This document shows, in pieces, positions 27,715 to 37,432 of a stretch of 64,000 nt of DNA. Under the pieces are notes generated by a model that saw only the letters and a program-made list of their open reading frames with translations, ran no database searches and had not been told where the DNA came from. This DNA comes from Candidatus Krumholzibacteriia bacterium (GTDB lineage Bacteria; Krumholzibacteriota; Krumholzibacteriia; JAJRXK01). Position numbers and translations under genes: made by a program. The stretch spans positions 1 to 64,000 of the forward strand of contig JBGPIA010000009.1 of the NCBI GenBank assembly GCA_041484665.1. Direction: 5' to 3'. How positions within the stretch are numbered: the stretch's first letter is position 1; every line of letters begins with the position of its first letter.

Positions 27715-29244
27715 TCAGCGCTCCACACCGCGGGCGCGGTCCGCTGACCCATCCTCCCGCCACGCGTCTCCCGCGGTCCAAGGAAGCCGCAGCAACGGCC
27801 CCAGATGCCGCACGCAAAACGCCGGCGTTCGCGGGCGGCCGGAGAGCTCCGTGCTGTCCTGGAACTCGCGCACCATCAACGTGCGTTCGGTGAGGTCCGG
27901 TGCCTCTGGCCAGGCGTCCAGCTCTGCCTGCGACGGGCTGCGCCCCAGGATCTCGCCGTATAGCCCGACGATGAACGCCCGGAAGCTGCCGCCGTGCTGT
28001 TGCAGCCAGGCGTCGGAGGCGAGCTGGGCGAGCCACTCCTCGCTCACGAGCGGCAGCGCGGGGTCACGGGCGCGGCGTTGGATGAACTCGGTGCTGCGCA
28101 GGAAGTCGTGAGCGATCGCGTCACGGTGACGGCGCTCCTGCTCCGCAACCCAGCCGGCGATCTCGCCCGGGAGGCCCTTGCGCCCCAGCACGCGCTCGTA
28201 CAGCGCCGCGATCCAGCCCGCCCTCGTCGCCCCAGTCTGCTCGTAGAAGGACGGGGCGGTCAGCTCGGCCGTCTGGGCCTCCTGTAGCTTGTAGAGGTCG
28301 ATGCGGTGCTCGTAGAGCACGGCTCCGGGCCCAGTTCGTAGGTGGTGCAGGAATCCGTCCGGCAGGAGCTGGGCGGCCGCAGTGGCGCAGAGCCCCATCG
28401 ACAGGGCGATCGCTGGCAGGCTGGGATGCTCCAGGTAGACGCGAGCCCACAGAAGCATGGCGGCAAAGCAAGCCAGCATGAGGGGCCCGTTGGGCCAATG
28501 TGCCAGGGCGAACAACCCAGCGCCGGCCGTCACCGCGCTGCGCCGCGCGCCCAGGCGCTCCAGCCGCGGCAGTGCGAACGTGCCGAACGCCAGAAGCTGG
28601 GTCAAGGCGAACAGGGGGTAGGTGACAAGTGAGATGAGCAGTGCCCCCGGATGCACCGGTGCGTGCCGCGCCATGCCCACGGTGATCGCCGCCGCCACCA
28701 CCAGCGCAGTGGGGATAGCCACGCCCCTGGCCGCCGCGGCGAACTCCGCTTTGCGTCTCCGCAGAGGGCCCCCCTCGCGCCGGCTCTTCCACACCGGCAT
28801 CAGGAACAAGCACGCCACGGCCACGCCCGCGACGACGTGGGGCAGGTGCACGGCATCGGATGGAAGGAGCGCCCAGAGTGCCGCAAAGAAGGCCGGGAAG
28901 GCCGAAAGCAGCTCCGCAAGGGCGCGCCGGGTCGCAGGGGGGGGGGCTCCTGGCTCCGACGCCGGCAGGCTGCCATCAGCCTGCGAGGAGGGACTGGGAC
29001 CTTCGTGCGCGGTCAAGTTCGCGCCCGCCGTTGCGGTGCGACTGCGCACCGCCGGCCTGGATCCGCCTCGAGTCGCCCACACGGTGAGCGTGGCTGCAGC
29101 CACCGCGCATCCCAAGCACAAGAGGTCCCACGCCCAGGGGGAGAGGGGGATGGGCCCGGCATGGCGCAGCCCGACCTCCCGGTAGCGCAGCCCGGCTACG
29201 GCCAGCAGGGCGCAGGCGCTAGTAACGAGCGGCAGCCAGATCAT
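27715..29244 (-). CDS. CPBP/Abi (CAAX protease-like) membrane domain fused to DUF4214-like repeats
   Basis: Multiple TM helices with FALAHWPN; C-terminal WIAALYERVLGR...FLRSTEF and FIVGLYGEILGR...FQDSTE. Start placed at ATG 29244 (MIWLPL), uncertain. Confidence 0.7.
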   Translation of the reverse strand: MIWLPLVTSACALLAVAGLRYREVGLRHAGPIPLSPWAWDLLCLGCAVAAATLTVWATRGGSRPAVRSRTATAGANLTAHEGPSPSSQADGSLPASEPGAPPPATRRALAELLSAFPAFFAALWALLPSDAVHLPHVVAGVAVACLFLMPVWKSRREGGPLRRRKAEFAAAARGVAIPTALVVAAAITVGMARHAPVHPGALLISLVTYPLFALTQLLAFGTFALPRLERLGARRSAVTAGAGLFALAHWPNGPLMLACFAAMLLWARVYLEHPSLPAIALSMGLCATAAAQLLPDGFLHHLRTGPGAVLYEHRIDLYKLQEAQTAELTAPSFYEQTGATRAGWIAALYERVLGRKGLPGEIAGWVAEQERRHRDAIAHDFLRSTEFIQRRARDPALPLVSEEWLAQLASDAWLQQHGGSFRAFIVGLYGEILGRSPSQAELDAWPEAPDLTERTLMVREFQDSTELSGRPRTPAFCVRHLGPLLRLPWTAGDAWREDGSADRARGVER

Positions 29245-29382
29245 GCCGCCACGCGCAGCCCGGGGGCAGGGGTGCAGGCGGGTCGGCTGACGCCCCCCCT
29301 GCGCCAAGCGGCATTTTCCGGGGCTGCGCGGGGGGTGGGCGTCCCGGGGGCCGAAAAACCCGGAAAAAACCGCTCGAATCGC

Positions 29383-29410
29383 TTGACAGGCCCTTTTTCC
29401 AGTGCAAGAT
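29383..29410 (+). promoter_or_regulatory. Putative sigma70 promoter for the HU gene
   Basis: TTGACA at 29383-29388, CAAGAT 16 bp downstream, A-tracts upstream. Confidence 0.4.
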
Positions 29411-29544
29411 GCTGCTGTGTCGAGTTCATCGAGGCGTTGCAGCTTCTTCTGCGATTGCGTGCCGCCGGGGTTGAACTCTCGACACGCTTGAAAACCTGGC
29501 CCCTCCAAAAGAGGCGGCATTCACCGTAGGAAATGGAGAGCTCA

Positions 29545-29904
29545 ATGGCTAAGAAGACGACCAAGGCGACGGCCCCGAAGCCGAGGAAGATCACTCCCGC
29601 GAACAAGCCGCGCACGAAGGGCGAGTTCCTCTCGATCGTCGCGGACCAGACGGCGCTCAGCCGCAAGCAGGTGGCGGCGGTCTTCAACGCGATGGCCGGC
29701 ATCTTCCAGGCCGACCTGGGCAAGGGTGGACCCGGCCTCGTCACGGTTCCAGGGATGATGAAGGTCACCGTGAAGCGTCTGCCTGCGACCAAGGCGCGCA
29801 AGGGCATCAACCCCTTCACGAAGGAAGAAGTGATTTTCAAGGCGAAGCCGGCGCGCAACGTCGTGAAGATCCGCCCGCTGAAGGCCCTCAAGCAGATGGT
29901 CTGA
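29545..29904 (+). CDS. HU family histone-like DNA-binding protein with Lys-rich N-terminus
   Basis: TKGEFLSIVADQTALSRKQV and ARKGINPFTKEE...KAKPA...VKIRPLKALK; GGAG before ATG 29545. Confidence 0.92.
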   Translation: MAKKTTKATAPKPRKITPANKPRTKGEFLSIVADQTALSRKQVAAVFNAMAGIFQADLGKGGPGLVTVPGMMKVTVKRLPATKARKGINPFTKEEVIFKAKPARNVVKIRPLKALKQMV

Positions 29905-29936
29905 CCGCGGATCGATCCGATCGTACGGTTCTCCGC

Positions 29937-29990
29937 GCGGCGCTCCTCCGGACGCCACCTCGTGGCGCTCCGAAGGAGCGCCGCTTTGTC
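29937..29990 (+). terminator. Stem-loop downstream of HU, between convergent genes
   Basis: GCGGCGCTCCT (29937-29947) pairs with AGGAGCGCCGC (29974-29984); inner CGCCAC/GTGGCG stem; followed by TTTGTC. Confidence 0.6.
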
Positions 29991-30142
29991 TACGTGACAG
30001 GCGCAACGCACGCTCGCGTGCGAGCCATCGCTTGCGCGACAGCGGCGGCGACTGCGCCGGCCGGCACACGGACCCTTGCACGACGCATCGCACCCGCCAT
30101 CGGGCGCCGCCGCAGGCGCGGCCGCGACCGCGCTCTCCGTCA

Positions 30143-31816
30143 TCACGCCGCCTGCAGCTCGTAGCCGGCCGCCTTGAGCGTCTCGGTCTCCTGCAGCAGG
30201 TCGGCGTGCACCAGCGGCGCTTCGCCCAGCCAGCCCACGGGAAATGTCACCGTCAGGCTCGCCTTCCCAGCGGAGAGCTGCGGCAGCGGCAGGGCGCCCG
30301 TCGGGCGGCTGCGCATCAGCAGTACGGCCAGCCGCAGCAGCACCGCCAGGCGCATTGCCTTGCTCTGCCATGCCGGGGCCAGATCGTCGAACAGCTCGCG
30401 CGCAAATCTGCGCCGGTGGGTGCGGATGAGGGCCCCCAGCACTTGCTGCGTTTCCAGCGAGAAGCCCGGCATGTCGGAATGGGCGACCACGTACGCGCCG
30501 TGCTTGTGGTAGCCGCTGTAGGCGATATCCAGCCCCGCCTCGTGCAAGCGTGCGGCCCACGACAGCAGGTTGCGCGCCTCGGGGTCCTCGAGCTTCCAGG
30601 CGGAGGCGACCTGGCGCAGGCAGTAGAGCGCCACACGCTCCAAGCGCGCGGCGTGCTCGTGGTCGACGTGGTAACGCTCGGCGAGCAGCCGAATCGTGCG
30701 ATTCCGCACGTCCTCGTGCCATACCCGCCCGAGCATGTCGTAGAGCAACCCCTCGCGCAGCGCGCCGGTAGAGGCCGTCATGGCCGCGATCTTCAGGCCG
30801 CGGACGACCGCGCTGAGGATCGCCACCCCGCCGGGCAGGACGCCGGCGCGGTCGGGGCGCAGCCCCGGCAATTCCAGGGCCTCGACCCGCCCCACGGTGA
30901 CAAGCTTCTTGCGCAGCTTGCGCAATCCCACCCGCGTGATCGCGGTCTCGCCCCAGGGGCTGCCGCGCAGGATCTCGTCGATGGCCAGGATCGTCCCCGA
31001 AGCCCCGAAACACGCCTCCCAGCCCAGGGAGCGGAACGTGCGCTCGATGGCCAGGAGCTCCAGGCCGGCGGCGATCTGGGCGCGCCGCAGCGCATCGCGG
31101 GTGATCTCTCCCTTGGGGAAGAAGCGTGTCGACCAGCTGATGCAGCCCATGTACAGGCTCGCGCGCTGGACCGGCTCGAAGCCCTCGCCGATGATGCACT
31201 CGGTGCTGCCCCCGCCGATGTCCACGACCAGGCGGCGGCGGTCGTCGGCCGGCGTGCTGTGGGCCACCCCCAGGTAGATCAGACGGGCCTCCTCCTGCCC
31301 GGAGATCACCTCGATCGAGTGCCCCAGCGCCTCCTCGGCGCGCGCGAGGAAGTCGCGACTGCGGCGCGCCAGCCGCAGAGTATTGGTGCCCACGGCCCGC
31401 ACCTGCGCGGACGGGAACTCGCGCAATCGTTGCCCGAAACGCGAGAGGGACGCCAACGCGCGCTCCTGGGACTCGCGGGACAGGCCGCCCTTGCTGTCCA
31501 GCCCCAGCGCAAGCTGGACAGGATCGCGTAGGCGGTCGACGATGCGCACCTCGTGGTCGATCACCCGAGCGATCACCATGTGGAAGCTGTTGCTACCGAG
31601 ATCGACGGCTGCGAAGGAATCGGCGGACGCGCTTGGGCTTGCGGGCACACCGGCGGACGGCGCTCCGGCCTCTTGCAGAGAGTCGGCTCCCGGCTCGACG
31701 CGCTCGGACGATGCCGGCTCGCCGCGCTGGGCCTGCGGGGGGCGCGGCTCCCCCGCAGCGGCCGCGCGCGGCGGACGCTCTGTACCCGTTGTGGCGGCGC
31801 AGGTGCGCGCGCTCAC
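30143..31816 (-). CDS. ppx: Exopolyphosphatase / pppGpp phosphohydrolase (Ppx/GppA)
   Basis: AAVDLGSNSFH, ISGQEEARLIY, DIGGGSTE, GALREG and C-terminal AARLHEAG HD-like domain. The low-complexity N-terminal ~60 aa make the start uncertain. Confidence 0.93.
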   Translation of the reverse strand: MSARTCAATTGTERPPRAAAAGEPRPPQAQRGEPASSERVEPGADSLQEAGAPSAGVPASPSASADSFAAVDLGSNSFHMVIARVIDHEVRIVDRLRDPVQLALGLDSKGGLSRESQERALASLSRFGQRLREFPSAQVRAVGTNTLRLARRSRDFLARAEEALGHSIEVISGQEEARLIYLGVAHSTPADDRRRLVVDIGGGSTECIIGEGFEPVQRASLYMGCISWSTRFFPKGEITRDALRRAQIAAGLELLAIERTFRSLGWEACFGASGTILAIDEILRGSPWGETAITRVGLRKLRKKLVTVGRVEALELPGLRPDRAGVLPGGVAILSAVVRGLKIAAMTASTGALREGLLYDMLGRVWHEDVRNRTIRLLAERYHVDHEHAARLERVALYCLRQVASAWKLEDPEARNLLSWAARLHEAGLDIAYSGYHKHGAYVVAHSDMPGFSLETQQVLGALIRTHRRRFARELFDDLAPAWQSKAMRLAVLLRLAVLLMRSRPTGALPLPQLSAGKASLTVTFPVGWLGEAPLVHADLLQETETLKAAGYELQAA

Positions 31817-31857
31817 GGCTTCCCCTCGGTCACAACTCCTCGCAAGCTGCGGTGCGC

Positions 31858-32667
31858 ATGGCCACCTACGCGATCGGCGACATCCAGGGCTGCTATAGCA
31901 CGCTGCAACGGCTGTTGGAACGCCTACGTTTCGATCCCGCGCGCGACCGACTCTGGCTGGTGGGGGACATGGTCAACCGCGGGCCACGCTCGCTGCACGT
32001 TCTGCGCTTCGCCCTCGCCCACGATGCATCGATCATCGCCGTGCTGGGCAACCACGATCTCCACCTGCTGGCGCTGGGCGCCGGAGCCGGGCGGCCCAAG
32101 CAGCGCGACCGGCTGAGCTCCGTGCTGCGCGCGCCGGATCGCGACGAATTGCTGGCGTGGCTGCGGCGGCGACCGCTCCTGCATCGTGAAGGACGCTGCG
32201 TGCTCGTGCACGCAGGGCTGTGGCCCAGCTGGAGCGTGCCGCACGCACAACGCCTGGCCCACGAGGCGGAGTCGGCGCTGCGCGGACGGCAGTGGGTAGG
32301 AGTGCTGGCCGGCCTCTCCGGCGACGGGCCGGATCGATCCAGTTCGCGTCACCCCCGCGCGCAGCGGGTGCAGGCCACGCTGCGCATCCTCACGCGCCTG
32401 CGCACGCTGCGTCCCCGCGGTGGGATGTGCTCCGACTTCACCGGCCCGCCCGCGCAGGCTCCGCCGGGGTGCCGCCCCTGGTTCGAGCTGCCGGCGCGCC
32501 GCCGCCGCGGCGTCACCGTCGTGTTCGGGCACTGGGCCGCGCTGGGGTTGCTGCGGCGGCCGGGGCTGGTCGGCCTGGACACGGGCTGCGTGTGGGGCGG
32601 AACGCTGACCGCGCTGCGCCTGGACGACGGCACCCTGTTCGCGGAGCCGTTCGCCGACTTTGCCTAG
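31858..32667 (+). CDS. apaH: Symmetrical bis(5'-nucleosyl)-tetraphosphatase
   Basis: MATYAIGDIQGC, GDMVNRGP, LGNHDLHLL, VHAG, FGHWAALG and LDTGCVWGG motifs. Confidence 0.93.
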   Translation: MATYAIGDIQGCYSTLQRLLERLRFDPARDRLWLVGDMVNRGPRSLHVLRFALAHDASIIAVLGNHDLHLLALGAGAGRPKQRDRLSSVLRAPDRDELLAWLRRRPLLHREGRCVLVHAGLWPSWSVPHAQRLAHEAESALRGRQWVGVLAGLSGDGPDRSSSRHPRAQRVQATLRILTRLRTLRPRGGMCSDFTGPPAQAPPGCRPWFELPARRRRGVTVVFGHWAALGLLRRPGLVGLDTGCVWGGTLTALRLDDGTLFAEPFADFA

Positions 32668-32716
32668 AGCGGAAGCGGGGCTCGGTCCGCCGCACCGCGC
32701 CGCGCCGCCGCCGCGA

Positions 32717-33226
32717 TCAGCTCGATCGGCCCCCCATCAGGCGCAGAGCCCGTGGTGCCATGAGCCATACAAGCTGGCCGCTCTGGCCGGGCTCAGAGGG
32801 GAGCTCGATGCAGGCGACGCCGGCCTTCTTCAGGGAGGCGATGGGCGCGGCGCGCGGGGCGACCGCTTGCGTCAGCACCAAGTCGAGATTGGGCGCGTGG
32901 CCGACGCACAAGACGTCGCGCACCGCCCCTTTGCGGAGCTCGGACAAGAGCTCACGCGGGTCGGCCAGCGGGGTGAGCGCCTCGCTGCGGCGGATCCGGT
33001 CGGGGGACACGCCCAAGGCCGCAGCCGCGATCTCCGCCGTCTGCATCGCGCGCAGCAGCGGACTGCTGATGACCAGGCCCACCGCGACCTCCAGGCGGGC
33101 CAGCCCTTGGGCCACCTCGCGTGTCCGCGCGCGACCCTCCTCGGTCAGCGGCCGCTGCTCGTCGGGCGGGCACGACGGATCGTCGTGGTCAACGGCGATA
33201 CCGTGGCGCATCAAGTACAACAGCAT
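32717..33226 (-). CDS. sixA: Phosphohistidine phosphatase SixA
   Basis: LYLMRHGIA, RPLT..G, SSPLLRAMQTAE and VGHAP motifs. Confidence 0.9.
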   Translation of the reverse strand: MLLYLMRHGIAVDHDDPSCPPDEQRPLTEEGRARTREVAQGLARLEVAVGLVISSPLLRAMQTAEIAAAALGVSPDRIRRSEALTPLADPRELLSELRKGAVRDVLCVGHAPNLDLVLTQAVAPRAAPIASLKKAGVACIELPSEPGQSGQLVWLMAPRALRLMGGRSS

Positions 33227-33336
33227 GGGTCAGACCTCCGGCTGCCGCGCGCCGCGTCGTCTTGGCCCCGCGGACGGGACCACTGCCACTCTAGCACGGC
33301 CCGCGCCGGCGCCCTCCGCTCTGCTACGATCGAAGG

Positions 33337-34335
33337 ATGGCGGAGGGCTCCTCATCCTGGCTTCACCTCAACCGCCAGCTCCCCCTGAGGGACGCATGGG
33401 TGTGGTCGCTGGCTGCCAGCGTGGACCGGGCGATCGCCGTGGCGCATGGCCGGGCCGCCGATCCAGCGCCGGGTCGCAGGGCCCACCCGGCAACTCTTCG
33501 CGGCGCTGCCGCCGCGTCCGAGCCGGCGGCCCGCCGCAGCCCCCACCAAGTCGCCCACCCGACCGCCGACCCGGTCCCCGCGCTGCACGAGTTTCGCCGC
33601 TCCTTGCGCAGCGCACGGGCCGTCTTGCGTCTGGCTCGCGGGCTGCTCCTCACAGAGGCCTTCGAATCGCTGGCGACGGCGCTCGGCCAGGCGGTGCGTC
33701 CGACCTCGCCGCAACGGGACCGCGACGTGTTGCCAGGCGTGCTCGCCGCTCTGGGTGCGCCTGCACAGGCCGAAGTGGCCCGGCGCGCCGTGGCGGACCT
33801 GCTGGCTGAGGACGCGCCTGTGGACGCGCAGCGGCTTTGCGCGCTGTTGCGCGAGGGTGCCGCGCAGCTGCTCGATGTGCCACCCCGATTCCTGGCGGCC
33901 CTGCCGGAGCGGGTGGAGTGGATCGACGTCGAGCGCGGGCTGCGCCGCAGCTACCGGCGCACGCAGCGCAGCTGGCGACGCGCGCGGCGCGGCCACGACG
34001 ATGCGCAGCTGCATGCGCTGCGCCGCCGGGTGAAGGAGCTGCGTGACCAGCTGGGACTGCTCGCGATCGATCCCAGCGACCGCATCGGGCGGAGCCAGCG
34101 CCGGCTGGCGTCCCTGGCGCGCGCGCTGGGCGAGGTCACCGACCTGCTCGCCCTGCGCGCGTTCATCGTGACCCGGCGCGAGCGCCTGTCCCCCCCAGCG
34201 GCGGAGACGCTGCTCGCGTACCTCGAGCGGGAGATCACCCGCCGGCGGGCCCGGGCGCTGGCTACAGCCGGCCGGCTGCTGCGCCGTCCGTCCAGGGTGG
34301 CCTCCTCGCGCTGGATCGACGCCATCGTTCCCTGA
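33337..34335 (+). CDS. CHAD domain (polyphosphate-binding) protein
   Basis: LHEFRRSLRSARAVLRL, RDRDV, LHALRRRVKELR and LGEVTDL motifs; Arg-rich and helical; lies next to sixA and ppx. Confidence 0.85.
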   Translation: MAEGSSSWLHLNRQLPLRDAWVWSLAASVDRAIAVAHGRAADPAPGRRAHPATLRGAAAASEPAARRSPHQVAHPTADPVPALHEFRRSLRSARAVLRLARGLLLTEAFESLATALGQAVRPTSPQRDRDVLPGVLAALGAPAQAEVARRAVADLLAEDAPVDAQRLCALLREGAAQLLDVPPRFLAALPERVEWIDVERGLRRSYRRTQRSWRRARRGHDDAQLHALRRRVKELRDQLGLLAIDPSDRIGRSQRRLASLARALGEVTDLLALRAFIVTRRERLSPPAAETLLAYLEREITRRRARALATAGRLLRRPSRVASSRWIDAIVP

Positions 34336-34386
34336 TCGCGCGCTGAACGTCCCGTGTCGCTCCCTGGGCGCGGGCGGCGACCAGCG

Positions 34387-34415
34387 TTGAGCCGCAGCTC
34401 TGCCTTGGGTATGAT
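34387..34415 (+). promoter_or_regulatory. Putative sigma70 promoter of the lysyl-oxidase-domain gene
   Basis: TTGAGC (34387-34392) -17 bp- TATGAT (34410-34415). Confidence 0.5.
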
Positions 34416-34473
34416 GGCGCGACCCGCCCCCCTTTTTCGCAGCCCGTTCTCCTCAACCCAAGGGTCAACGCGC

Positions 34474-36351
34474 ATGTCCCAGCCGAATCCCGCGTTCCAT
34501 CCCCGGCCGATCCCCCGCCTCCACTCGCCACAGGCAGCGCAGCCGCGACGCGGTACGGCGCAGCTGAGTGCCGCGCTGCGCCTGGTCGTGTTGCTCGTGC
34601 TCGTAGTCTTGCCGGCGCTGCTGGTCCCGACGTGCGGGTGGACGGCCGCTGGACCGGCTGCCGGCGCGTCGCCCACCGTGGTCGACCTGCTGCCCGACAT
34701 CATCGTGCGCGACGGCGATCTGTACGATCACGACATCGTGACCAATATCGTCCCGGGGCACACGCACCTGCGGCTCTCCAACGGGACGCCCAACATCGGC
34801 GCCGGGAAGCTCTACCTGTACGGCGTGCTTCCGGCGTATCCCGATGGCACCCAGGACGTGCGCCAGCGCGTCGATCGCTCCGATGGCACGTACTACGACC
34901 GGCCCGCCGGCCGGTTCGTCTACCATCCTGCCCACAACCACATCCACGTGGAAGGTTGGTGCATCTACCGGCTACGGCAGATGCTCCCGGACGGCAGCGT
35001 CGGCCCGGTGGTGGTCGAGGGCGCCAAGACCAGCTTCTGCATCCTCGATCTGAACATCTACGACTCGAGCTTGCCGGACTTCGATTCGTTCGGTGAGTTC
35101 CACGGCTGCAACTCCACGGTGCAGGGGCTCTCGGTCGGATGGGTCGACGTCTACTCCAAGGGGCTCGAGGGGCAGAACCTCGACATCACCGGCGTCCCCG
35201 ACGGCCGGTACTGGCTCGAGTCGCAGGCCGATCCGGACAACCACATCCTGGAGTCCGACGAGACCAACAACGTCACGCGCATCGCCCTGGTGCTGGGACG
35301 GCCCGGCCCGATCAACCCCGATGCCTACGAGCCCAATGGCTCACGCTCCGCCGTCGATGGCCGGCCTGCAGGCGGGCCCAACAGCCCGAATCTGGGTCCG
35401 TGTGGCCCGCTGCGCGTCGTCTCGGGATTGAGCGTCGACCAGTCCGGCGACGATGACTATTTCAAGCTGTTCGCCAACGACGTCGGTGGCGCCGGCGACG
35501 TCGTCCGCATCGAGTTCGAGCACGCCCTCGGCGATCTGGACATGCGACTTCTCAACTCGTCGGGCACGCAGGTCGGCGTCTCGACGGGGGTTACCAACCA
35601 GGAGCAGATCTCGCTGCAGGGTCGGCCCAAGGGCTGGTACTACGTACGCGTTTACGGCTACAACAACGCCACCAACCCGTTCTACACGCTGACGGTCGAT
35701 CCTCCCCAGAACGCCGCTCCGTCGGTGGTGGTGCTCGATCCGCCGGCGGGCAACGTGGACGTGATCCATGGCGTCGAGAACTACACGGCGACCTGGTCTG
35801 CCTCCGATCCGGAGGGGGACCTGACGTGGGTGACGCTCTACGTGAACACGACCGCGGCGCTGGACGGAGGGGAGTTCCTGCTGCCGACGACTCTGTACAC
35901 CAGCTGCAGCCAGGGTTTCGCCGTGATCAACTCGGCGGAGGTGCTTCCGGGCACCTACTGGGTGTACTGCGCGGTGACCGACGGCGGAACGGTCGCGGGA
36001 AGCTGGTCGGCGGGCACCGTGACCTTCCACGAGGCCTCCACCGCCGTCGCGGAGCGCGCGGGGCTGCGGCCGTCGGTCACGCGCCTGCTGGCCGCCGCCC
36101 CCAATCCGTTCAACCCCAGCACCACGCTTGCGCTGGACCTGGCCCAGGCCGTGACCGTCGGCTGGAGGATCTACGACGCGCGCGGGGTGCGCGTGCGCAC
36201 GCTGCTCTGCGGTCCGCTTCCGGCGGGTCGTCACGTGCTGTCGTGGAATGGGACCGACGACGCCGGCCGTGCGCTGGCCAGCGGCGTGTACTACACCCTC
36301 GTGGAGGGCCCGCAGCCCGCCGTGCGCCAGAAACTGCTGCTCTTGAAATGA
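34474..36351 (+). CDS. Secreted lysyl oxidase-domain protein with PPC-like domain and C-terminal FlgD-Ig
   Basis: LLPDI, HPAHNHIH (Cu site), AKTSFC, GLSVGWVDVY, LDITGVPDGRY and ESDETNN motifs; DAYEPN...DDDYF...DLDMRL (PPC); PNPFNP tail. Start placed at ATG 34474, downstream of the promoter. Confidence 0.88.
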   Translation: MSQPNPAFHPRPIPRLHSPQAAQPRRGTAQLSAALRLVVLLVLVVLPALLVPTCGWTAAGPAAGASPTVVDLLPDIIVRDGDLYDHDIVTNIVPGHTHLRLSNGTPNIGAGKLYLYGVLPAYPDGTQDVRQRVDRSDGTYYDRPAGRFVYHPAHNHIHVEGWCIYRLRQMLPDGSVGPVVVEGAKTSFCILDLNIYDSSLPDFDSFGEFHGCNSTVQGLSVGWVDVYSKGLEGQNLDITGVPDGRYWLESQADPDNHILESDETNNVTRIALVLGRPGPINPDAYEPNGSRSAVDGRPAGGPNSPNLGPCGPLRVVSGLSVDQSGDDDYFKLFANDVGGAGDVVRIEFEHALGDLDMRLLNSSGTQVGVSTGVTNQEQISLQGRPKGWYYVRVYGYNNATNPFYTLTVDPPQNAAPSVVVLDPPAGNVDVIHGVENYTATWSASDPEGDLTWVTLYVNTTAALDGGEFLLPTTLYTSCSQGFAVINSAEVLPGTYWVYCAVTDGGTVAGSWSAGTVTFHEASTAVAERAGLRPSVTRLLAAAPNPFNPSTTLALDLAQAVTVGWRIYDARGVRVRTLLCGPLPAGRHVLSWNGTDDAGRALASGVYYTLVEGPQPAVRQKLLLLK

Positions 36352-36560
36352 GCGCGTCGCTGCGCGGCTGAGCGCGTCGCCGCGCGGCACCCAGCGATGC
36401 GGCGCCGCACCGTGCGACGCGACGCCCCCTGCCGGGACGCGAAGCACCGGGCCCGCCGACGCTCGGTGACATCATCATGGATGCCCGGGGATCCTCCAGG
36501 ATCTGGAAGTCGGCAAATCCGTCGGCCGCAGCCGGGCAGATGGCGGCGATGGAAAGCGAA

Positions 36561-36582
36561 CGGCGCCCCGCACGGGGCGCCG
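36561..36582. terminator. Perfect GC-rich hairpin between convergent genes
   Basis: CGGCGCCCC-GCAC-GGGGCGCCG; no U-tract. Confidence 0.35.
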
Positions 36583-36763
36583 ATCTCGTCGAGGAGGGCG
36601 GGATGGACCCGGCTCCAGGGCCACCTTCCCTCGCACAACCACGAAGGCTGTGGGCGTGGCGGAGTGCACTCTCTCGGGACAGCCAGCCCGTTGGGACCGG
36701 AGAGTGATGCTCTAATATCCGCACGCGCGCCCGACCCGGACATAAGCAAAGTACGATCCTGGA

Positions 36764-37411
36764 CTACGCCTTTTCCCTACCAGGCTCCAGGGCGCCACCC
36801 CTGGCTTCGAGCACCATGCGCACCAGTTCTGCTGTGGTCCCCACCTCCAGCTTTCGCATGATATTGCCGCGATGGACGTCGAACGTCTTGCGGCTGATCT
36901 TCAGCTCGCAAGCGATCACCTTGGGCGGCTTGCCGGCGACGATCTGATCGAGCACCTCGTGCTCGCGGCGGGTGAGCAATTCCAGCCGTTGGAGGGCCTG
37001 GGTGCGGCGGGTGTGAGCGCGGCGCAGCGCGATGTCCAGCTCCAGGGCGCGGTGGATGCAGTCGATCAGGTCCTGGCTGCGGAACGGCTTCTCCAAGAAT
37101 GAGACCGCTCCCGCCTGCATGGCCCGGACGGCGGTGGACACGTCTCCGTGGCCGGTGATGAAGATGATTGGCAGACTGCAACTCTGCCCGGCCAGTAGCC
37201 CTTGCAGCTCCAGCCCCGACATCGCTGGCAGACGCAGGTCCAGTACCAGGCATCCCGGCCGCAGCGGATCGAGCGCCTCGAGGAACTCCTGCGCCGACCC
37301 AAACGCCTCGGCCTCGAGCGAGACCGAGTTGGCCAGCACGCTCAGGGACTTCCGCACCCCTGGGTCGTCGTCGACGATGAAGACGGTGGGGGACCGGCTG
37401 CCGGTCTCCAT
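36764..37411 (-). CDS. FixJ/LuxR-type two-component response regulator
   Basis: VFIVDDD, LVLDLRLP.MSG, ITGHGDV and FLEKP motifs; HTH LTRREHEVL...HRGNIMRKL. Confidence 0.92.
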   Translation of the reverse strand: METGSRSPTVFIVDDDPGVRKSLSVLANSVSLEAEAFGSAQEFLEALDPLRPGCLVLDLRLPAMSGLELQGLLAGQSCSLPIIFITGHGDVSTAVRAMQAGAVSFLEKPFRSQDLIDCIHRALELDIALRRAHTRRTQALQRLELLTRREHEVLDQIVAGKPPKVIACELKISRKTFDVHRGNIMRKLEVGTTAELVRMVLEARGGALEPGREKA

Positions 37412-37432
37412 CGCGGCGCTCCTCGCTGCCCG

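Noticed and set aside
36352..36763. Riboswitch, ncRNA or small ORF in the 412-bp gap between convergent genes
   Set aside because: A GGCAAA word suggested a c-di-GMP aptamer, but the paired elements are missing and no gene starts downstream. The short ORFs lack motifs. An Rfam scan would settle it.
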